From positions 3,616,001-3,680,000 of the forward strand of contig OZ242311.1 of NCBI GenBank assembly GCA_965207885.1: a stretch of 64,000 bases of DNA. Direction: 5' to 3'. A program made the position numbers and the translations under genes. Below are positions 10,433-17,323 of this stretch, piece after piece. Below the pieces are notes generated by a model. That model was not told where the DNA came from. It saw only the letters and a list, made by a program, of their open reading frames with translations, and searched no databases. This DNA is from Candidatus Latescibacterota bacterium (lineage in GTDB: Bacteria > Latescibacterota > UBA2968). Every line of letters starts with the position of its first letter. Within the stretch, counting starts at the first letter, position 1.

Positions 10433-13400
10433 TTAGAACGAGAACCGCAAGCCCAGGTTCACGCGGCGCGGGTTCAGGAACCAGATAAAGTCGTTGTTGG
10501 GCATGTCGATATACAGTTTGTTGTCCAGGACTTCATTTACAAAGTCCTGATTTGCCTGCGCCCAGTTTCCATTTTGATATTCGTGGTACTGACCGGTTTC
10601 CTGCACATACCACAACACGCGGCGGTCAGACTCGAGGCCCATGGGCAGTCCAGCCGTGATTTCCGCGTCGCCGGGCAATCCATTGGCGGGCAGTTCGCCA
10701 GCTGCACTGACAATTTCAATGGGCACAAACTGTGTGCCGTAATCCCTGAAACTGCCGGGCTTGTCATTGCCGGAAATGAACGCATAAGTCGGGTCAAACT
10801 CGCCAAATGTGTCTTCTGGCAAATGCAAGGACGACATGTAGAATTCCCAGTCTCGATCGCTGCCGGAAGGACCGTCAGAGTTGTTATTCAGACGCTTGAG
10901 GTTCAATACATTGCTCACGTCTAAAAAGAACATTGCCCGGACACCCATCATCGCAAATTGCCTGGTCAGGCGCAAATCCAGATTCTTAATACTCGTGAAT
11001 TGAACATTATTTGTCAGACCGGGGATAGCCCCAGCTTCTGGACCGTACCAATTAAAGTGCTGACCGGCTCGCCAGTTGCCCACCAGAGACATATCCCAAT
11101 TGCTCAGGGGATAAAACCCTGAGACCTGGGGACCAAAGTCTCGCGGCGTGTAAAATTCCAGTCCCATTCTGCCAAAGGGACGGCTGACGGGACGGCTCTG
11201 ATAGTGTCGCGTAGAGGTCGCGTCAATAGTGGCCTGTGTCTGACGGTTTTCAAACAGCTCGCGCCGGCCAAAGTTGCCGCCCTTAGTTTGCATATACGTA
11301 TAGTTGACGAAACCGCCAAACCACTCACCCCGGCGTTTTCGCACCGTCATTTCAAAGCCCCGGATATCGTCGTAGTTGAGGGGCTCAAAAAGAGAGTACG
11401 CCACGGTTTGATCCAGATTGGTATAGCGCACGCCAATTGCCTGGTCGTCGTTGGCTCTGTAATAGCCGCTCAAGCGCAGCAAATACCGGTCGAACAAATT
11501 TTGCTCAAAGCCGAGTTCGTAATTGATCGTGCGCGGCATGGGGTGATTGGGATTGCCGATCTGCGATACCGCACCGGTGTTGACCTCGTCTACGAGGAAG
11601 AGATTGTGCGGGTTGAGCATCTGGCGGAAATGCCCGTAGTTGAAAAACAACTTGCTGTCTGCTGTCACCGGGAACGAAATGCCCAGACGTGGGCTTAAAT
11701 ACGTCAACTTCTTGACCGGTGCCTGTTCGAGTGCTTCTGCGAGGTTGTCTTTGCCGATTTTAGCCCCAAATGCCGATGTGAAATCTTCGTACACCCACCA
11801 ATCGCCACTCGCATTCCAGTGATCTAACCGTACGCCGAGATTGGCGATCATCGCATTGAATTCGAGCTTGGTTTGCACGTATGCAGCAAATTGTTGGGGA
11901 GTGCGTTGCCATACGTATTTGGGGGCTGCGTTGTTCTTGAAAAACAACTCATATCTTCCGTGGTTGACATCGTAATCGCTGGTAATCCATTCAAAACCCG
12001 CCTTAAACTGCGCGACCTGACTGCGCTGGCTCGTGATGTCAAACCGCGTTGTATAGGCTACCACTTCAGAGTCGTCGCGTCCTTCGGCCCAGTGGCCACC
12101 GAATTCCAGACCATCGACAAAAATTTCGTTCTTCAAAAACCAGCCGCCCAAAGGCGCGCCTGTTAGACCAATGTGATTTTGCGTGACCTCTGAAACCTGC
12201 AAAGACGGATTGGGAGGCGCGAAGTCCGAATTGCGGGGAATGGTTTTTTCAACAGCCTTCAGATCGCGGTCGGGATACTTTTCGGTCAAATAGTCCGATT
12301 GCATCCTCTGAAAGCGGAACTCGTAAAATGTTCTGGGACTCAACACATGTGAAAAGCTGAGGCCAATATTGTTGCGCAGAATCTGAAGTGTGTTATCGAC
12401 GTGATCGCTCCAAATTCGGTCGTCGTTATTAAGCCTGCTCCCCAATTCCTGGTTGCCTCGCAACATGCCGGGGAAGCCGCTTCTATTTGGCGTGAGTCCA
12501 TATTCTTTGCCGGACATAGCCTCTACGCTCAATTTCATGCTGCTGCGAATATCCGACGTGACCTTCACGCGGCCCCAGTCGTTTTGGTATTCATCAATCA
12601 CACGGGGCATCATATACGCTCTGCGCTCGCGTTTGCCCGAAGCAAAGAACCGCAGACCGCCAAGGCGATTGCCCATTCCGGGTATTAAAGGCCCCCCAAA
12701 ACCCAGGTCGATATCGAAATCCGCATTGTGAACTTCCAGATCTTTGCGGCGATACCATTCGAACAACTCTGTGATGACCGCATCATCTACTTGCAGCTCA
12801 CTCGTATTTAAGGTCGATTCATCTACGCCGGTGTCTCTCACGCCCACACCGTGATACGGATCGGCAGGGGCGTCAGCCCAGCGTCTCACAATGGTGTTCC
12901 ACCCGGCCCATTGCGGATACTGCCGCCGCGTGTACACATCCCATTTGCTTTCGGGCGAATGGCTGCCCACGTTTTTTACATCGGGATCGGTGAATGGACG
13001 CCAGAAATAACTGTTTGGGCTATTGGGTAGTGGGCCAAAATAATCGCGCTGTGCGCCGCTGTATCGCAACAACACATCGCCATTATAGCGTTGCTTGTCA
13101 CCTTCTTTGGTCACAATATTGACCAGACCAGAACGCACGTTGCCGTATTCGGCGTTGAACCCACCCGATTGCACGCTCATTTCTTTGATTGAGGTATAAC
13201 TCACCGTTGAATACGGTTCGTTTTCGCGGCCATCTCGCATGGACAAACCATCGACTGAGAAGGCGATCTCATTCAAATCGCCACCTCGAATCGACAAGTC
13301 GCCATTAGCAGTGGACAGCACACCCGCCTCTAATCGCACGATTTCGTTCACGCTGATCAATGGCAGGTTTTCGACGTCTTGCGCGGAGATATTGGCGACA

Positions 13401-13804
13401 TTGGCGGAAATATCGGGTTGCACCACCGGGAGTTCGGCAACCACTGTGATCTCTGCCAGTTCAATGGTCTCTTCGACGAGGCCGTATTCACTGGAGAAAT
13501 TCACCGTTGTGGTCAGGTCGATAAAGACCCGCACATTAGTCTGTGTCGCTTGGTGATAGCCGACCATACTCGCATTGACGGTATAAGAACCCGGTGGCAC
13601 ATTGATGATGAAATAATTGCCATCGGGATCTGTTACGGCGCCCAATGTGGTGCCTTCAATGACCACATTGGCACCGGGCAGGGTTTCACCTGTGGATTTC
13701 TCCACGACCTTTCCGGCAATTTTACCGGTTGATCCGGCAAAAACAGCACTGGCTGAGAATGCCAGGGCTATGAAGAAAAAGAAAAACAGACTCGTCCGTC
13801 TCAT
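10433..13804 (-). CDS. TonB-dependent receptor with N-terminal carboxypeptidase-regulatory-like domain
   Basis: GKIAGKVVEKSTGETLPGANV; plug motifs SIRGG and SGGFNAEYGNVRSGLVNIVTK; SPRLGISFP; C-terminal NPRRVNLGLRFSF. Confidence 0.9.
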   Translation of the reverse strand: MRRTSLFFFFFIALAFSASAVFAGSTGKIAGKVVEKSTGETLPGANVVIEGTTLGAVTDPDGNYFIINVPPGSYTVNASMVGYHQATQTNVRVFIDLTTTVNFSSEYGLVEETIELAEITVVAELPVVQPDISANVANISAQDVENLPLISVNEIVRLEAGVLSTANGDLSIRGGDLNEIAFSVDGLSMRDGRENEPYSTVSYTSIKEMSVQSGGFNAEYGNVRSGLVNIVTKEGDKQRYNGDVLLRYSGAQRDYFGPLPNSPNSYFWRPFTDPDVKNVGSHSPESKWDVYTRRQYPQWAGWNTIVRRWADAPADPYHGVGVRDTGVDESTLNTSELQVDDAVITELFEWYRRKDLEVHNADFDIDLGFGGPLIPGMGNRLGGLRFFASGKRERRAYMMPRVIDEYQNDWGRVKVTSDIRSSMKLSVEAMSGKEYGLTPNRSGFPGMLRGNQELGSRLNNDDRIWSDHVDNTLQILRNNIGLSFSHVLSPRTFYEFRFQRMQSDYLTEKYPDRDLKAVEKTIPRNSDFAPPNPSLQVSEVTQNHIGLTGAPLGGWFLKNEIFVDGLEFGGHWAEGRDDSEVVAYTTRFDITSQRSQVAQFKAGFEWITSDYDVNHGRYELFFKNNAAPKYVWQRTPQQFAAYVQTKLEFNAMIANLGVRLDHWNASGDWWVYEDFTSAFGAKIGKDNLAEALEQAPVKKLTYLSPRLGISFPVTADSKLFFNYGHFRQMLNPHNLFLVDEVNTGAVSQIGNPNHPMPRTINYELGFEQNLFDRYLLRLSGYYRANDDQAIGVRYTNLDQTVAYSLFEPLNYDDIRGFEMTVRKRRGEWFGGFVNYTYMQTKGGNFGRRELFENRQTQATIDATSTRHYQSRPVSRPFGRMGLEFYTPRDFGPQVSGFYPLSNWDMSLVGNWRAGQHFNWYGPEAGAIPGLTNNVQFTSIKNLDLRLTRQFAMMGVRAMFFLDVSNVLNLKRLNNNSDGPSGSDRDWEFYMSSLHLPEDTFGEFDPTYAFISGNDKPGSFRDYGTQFVPIEIVSAAGELPANGLPGDAEITAGLPMGLESDRRVLWYVQETGQYHEYQNGNWAQANQDFVNEVLDNKLYIDMPNNDFIWFLNPRRVNLGLRFSF

Positions 13805-13915
13805 AGACTTCCTCCTGTGGTGAAAAGGACAGTTGCGCTTTTAGTATTGGAATTGAATCAGATTGCCCGAAATTGAAGGGAGACAATCTGTTATGATTCA
13901 AAATTCAGACTCCTT

Positions 13916-13960
13916 AAGGTATCATTTTACAAAAAAAAATCAACAATAATTGTGACAATT
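13916..13960 (-). promoter_or_regulatory. Putative sigma70 promoter of the TBDR operon with upstream palindromic operator
   Basis: Minus strand TTGATT-N16-TACCTT with a TG extension; palindrome AATTGT-G-ACAATT at 13948-13960. Confidence 0.4.
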
Positions 13961-14071
13961 AGCAGCTTGCAGTTAGCAGTCGGTAGTCAGCCACATTTGC
14001 GACTACAATAGTTTAGACAAACAACGCCCCACTTCGTTCCTATGAAACTATAATAAATTGTTAAAAATGTT

Positions 14072-15268
14072 CATAGTACACGACAAAACCTAAATCGGGT
14101 TAAAATCTGGCGGATTAATCAGTAAACGAATGCATTTGAGGAACTGCTGGGCTTGTTGGTGTATATTGAGCAGGACATACTGCAAATAGTCCAACCCATA
14201 TCGGAAGAGACTTTTTTCCATCCGTCCGTGGTTTTTGACCTTCAAAGGTTTTGTAAGGGCGATCCATTCGCCGATGATATGGGCCCAGGTGCAGGCAATA
14301 GCCAAAAGCGCGATGAGTTTTTCAATGCGATCTTGATGTATAAGGTGGGTCTCTTCCAGATTAAATCCTCGACTTTTCAAATTTGCAAAAAGGACTTCAA
14401 TGCCCCAACGTTTTTTATACACCTCCAATGCGACTTGACGTTGTTGGTTGCTTGCAAGAATGAGGTATTGATCCTTCAATCTTAGCGCAGACACATACAC
14501 AGGTAGGTCATAAACGCGGCGAGGTCTTTGTAGGCTGACCTGCTGATGGATGTGCAAATTTTCAAAGAGTTTTTTTATGGGTATCTCTCTATCTGCCCTT
14601 GAGACAAGGGCATTTTCCTTGATGCGGATGACAAAAGGGATGTTTTGTGTGTCTAACCACGCAAACCATTCTCTTCCAATGAATTCTCTATCTGCCAATA
14701 CAACGCGGATATGAGACTTGGGAATGCGCGTAAGCACCTGTTTCATCAAATTGATACGCTCATCACTATTGGAATTGCCTCGTTTTTTTAACAAGTGCCA
14801 ACACATAGGAAAGGCGACCCCTTCATAGATAATGCCTGCGGTTAGGATGTTGATATTGAATTTGCCTAACTTCCAATTAGTGCGATCTATTGAGACTGCA
14901 AAATCGGTCTTTATAGGTAATAAGTGCAAGATCAGTCGCGTCACGGCTTCATAAGGAATGTCAAACTCAGCGAAAAAACGCTGTATCCTGCGGTAATTTG
15001 ATTGCGGTTTGACCTGTCCATTTAGCGCATTAGCCAATTTGGCGAAGTTGACCCTGCTCAGCTTGACCAAAGACAAGATGAAGGCCGCTGTGAAAGTGAT
15101 GCGTGCTTTATGCCACCCAAAATGGCCTTGCAATACATGGTGAAGTTGTATAACTTGACGAGACATAGACCTGTGCCTTGTTGAGATGAGAAGGTTCGTT
15201 TTCACACATTCAAACCTAACTCTTTTTCACGTTTTGCACAGGTCTTTTATTTTTTGTCGTGTACTTTA
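14072..15268 (-). mobile_element. IS4-family (ISAba1-like) insertion sequence, copy 2, inverted, 1197 bp
   Basis: Same terminal repeats, same length and identical transposase protein as copy 1. Confidence 0.95.
14090..15205 (-). CDS. IS4-family DDE transposase (identical to 78-1193)
   Basis: Identical 371-aa translation. Confidence 0.95.
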   Translation of the reverse strand: MKTNLLISTRHRSMSRQVIQLHHVLQGHFGWHKARITFTAAFILSLVKLSRVNFAKLANALNGQVKPQSNYRRIQRFFAEFDIPYEAVTRLILHLLPIKTDFAVSIDRTNWKLGKFNINILTAGIIYEGVAFPMCWHLLKKRGNSNSDERINLMKQVLTRIPKSHIRVVLADREFIGREWFAWLDTQNIPFVIRIKENALVSRADREIPIKKLFENLHIHQQVSLQRPRRVYDLPVYVSALRLKDQYLILASNQQRQVALEVYKKRWGIEVLFANLKSRGFNLEETHLIHQDRIEKLIALLAIACTWAHIIGEWIALTKPLKVKNHGRMEKSLFRYGLDYLQYVLLNIHQQAQQFLKCIRLLINPPDFNPI

Positions 15269-15339
15269 TGAAATTTTATGAAATCGACGACGAAAAAGCC
15301 AAAGAGATCAAGGCAGATCTGAATAAACGAAATAATTAA
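15269..15339 (+). pseudogene. Detached 3' end of the GPH/MFS transporter gene
   Basis: After TSD TGAAATTTT the MFS frame continues YEIDDEKAKEIKADLNKRNN*, a typical GPH C-terminal helix. The stop is 3 nt before the next ATG. Confidence 0.9.
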
Positions 15340-15342
15340 ATC

Positions 15343-17301
15343 ATGGCAGAGCAATTCAAACAACTCTCGGAAACAACACCCGTACGGGCGGTGACAACGC
15401 GATCGGTAATTGCATCGGTGGTAGTGATTACTGCAAGCGTGCTGTGGAATGAGTGGATGCCGTACTATACGTCGGGATCGAACATCAGCCGCAGCCATTT
15501 CCCCATGGCGTTTTTCTTTCCGTTTTTGATCGCGTGTACTCTCAACCTGACATTGAATCACTTACGAACGGGATGGGGGCTTTCGCGGTCGGAATTGCTG
15601 GTGGTTCTGGGATCGGGCTTTGTGGGGATCGCGCTGGCTTACGACGGGTTGACGGGCCACTTTTTCGGGGTTCTGGCAGCCCCTTATTATTTTTCCTCCG
15701 TAGAAAATGGATGGGGTTTTATACACAACACCATCCCCACCTGGCTCGCACCGTCGAATGCCACCGGTGAAATGACGCGGTTTTTTGAAGGCGGAGGTGG
15801 GTCTCCCCCGTGGCGCGTATGGGCAGTACCCGTTTTCTGGTGGATGTGCTTTTTCGGTGCAATGGGCTTTGGGGTATTTTGCCTGGTCGTAATTTTGCGG
15901 AAGCAATGGGTAGATTACGAGCGTTTGGCATATCCACTTGTCGAAGTCGCACAATCACTGGCAGAGACAGAGAAAGGCGGCGGACTGGAAAAAACATTTC
16001 GCTCTCCCCTATTCTGGATCGCATTTTCTCTGGTCATGCTCTTGAAATTGTGGAATATCGCGTCTTATTTTACCCCGGCATTTCCGCATATAGACATCGA
16101 AGAAACACTATGGCAACCAATTCCAGATTTCCCCTGGATGGTAAATCGCCTGAGTTTCTACGCCATTGGGTTCGGGTATTTTGCGCGCCTGGATGTACTC
16201 TTCAGCGTGTGGTTTTTCATTATTTTGACGGCGTTTCAGGTATATGTATTCAATATCTTTGGATATCAAATCGGCGCAGCAACCCGACACTGGACAAGCG
16301 ATGCCCTGGGCTGGCAAAGCATTGGGGCATTGATCTTTTTGTCTGCCTGGGGATTGTGGATGGCACGCGCGCACCTGAAAGCCGTGGTGAGAAAAGCCCT
16401 GTATCCCAATTGCGAGGTAGATGATAGCGGCGAGTTGCTGTCCTATCGCATGGCGGTGTTCGGCTTATTGGGAGCATTCGCATTTGTCTCGGCGTGGCTA
16501 TATACGGCGGGCATGCCCTTGTGGGTGGTATTCTCCTTTCTCATTTTGGCGATGTTATTATTCCTGGGCCTTGCCCGCGCCATCGCAGAATTGGGCCTGG
16601 TCTATGTGTACTATCGCATTCAGCCTCACGATGCCGTGGTTCAGGCATTTGGTTCGGGTATGGTCGGGCTTTCCGGTGTGGTAGTGCTCGGGTTTATGCA
16701 TGTGTTTAACCAGTGGCCCGATATAGGGAAGGGATTTTTGATGCCGCCGTTTACGCAAGCGGTAAAAGCGGTGGATAAGGTCGTCAGTCCGCGGCGAATT
16801 ACAGCGGTGCTGTGGCTGGCATTGGCACTGGGTTTCACCATCTCAATAGTGGATACCCTGTATTTGAGTTATGAATACGGAGCCTATAATTTGGGCAATA
16901 TGGGGATGAAGAAGACGGGACCAGTGGCGTTTGATTTTGTAATTACAGAAATACGAAATCCCCTGGCACCCGGCGGCAATGGCAGGGTCATGTGGGCATT
17001 TATCGGGATGGGCCTGATGGCGATTTTGACGACCGTTCGCTACTGGGTGCCGTGGTGGCCCCTGCACCCGATTGGCCTGGCCATGCAGGGGAATTACGGC
17101 GTGAGCAAGACGGTCTTTTCGATTTTTATTGTCTGGTCAATCAAAGCGGTTGTCATGAAAATGGGCGGCGTGCAATTGTACGAAAGGGGCAAGCCGTTTT
17201 TCATCGGCTTGCTGGCAGCACAGGCGGTGAGCACGGGCCTGGTATTTATCATAGATTGGTTCTGGTTCCCTCTGCAAGGGCATAATGTGCACAATTTTTA
17301 G
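15343..17301 (+). CDS. DUF6785-like polytopic membrane protein (putative transporter), paralog 2
   Basis: Colinear close paralog of 5102-7063; same motifs and same C-terminus FPLQGHNVHNF. Confidence 0.75.
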   Translation: MAEQFKQLSETTPVRAVTTRSVIASVVVITASVLWNEWMPYYTSGSNISRSHFPMAFFFPFLIACTLNLTLNHLRTGWGLSRSELLVVLGSGFVGIALAYDGLTGHFFGVLAAPYYFSSVENGWGFIHNTIPTWLAPSNATGEMTRFFEGGGGSPPWRVWAVPVFWWMCFFGAMGFGVFCLVVILRKQWVDYERLAYPLVEVAQSLAETEKGGGLEKTFRSPLFWIAFSLVMLLKLWNIASYFTPAFPHIDIEETLWQPIPDFPWMVNRLSFYAIGFGYFARLDVLFSVWFFIILTAFQVYVFNIFGYQIGAATRHWTSDALGWQSIGALIFLSAWGLWMARAHLKAVVRKALYPNCEVDDSGELLSYRMAVFGLLGAFAFVSAWLYTAGMPLWVVFSFLILAMLLFLGLARAIAELGLVYVYYRIQPHDAVVQAFGSGMVGLSGVVVLGFMHVFNQWPDIGKGFLMPPFTQAVKAVDKVVSPRRITAVLWLALALGFTISIVDTLYLSYEYGAYNLGNMGMKKTGPVAFDFVITEIRNPLAPGGNGRVMWAFIGMGLMAILTTVRYWVPWWPLHPIGLAMQGNYGVSKTVFSIFIVWSIKAVVMKMGGVQLYERGKPFFIGLLAAQAVSTGLVFIIDWFWFPLQGHNVHNF

Positions 17302-17323
17302 AGAATGCTCCGTTGTGCTACAA

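Noticed and set aside
15-15268. Composite transposon carrying the glycan locus
   Set aside because: Outer flanks (AACATTTTT vs TGAAATTTT) are not a direct repeat, and the operon continues outside IS2. The pattern fits inversion in place, not movement as a unit.
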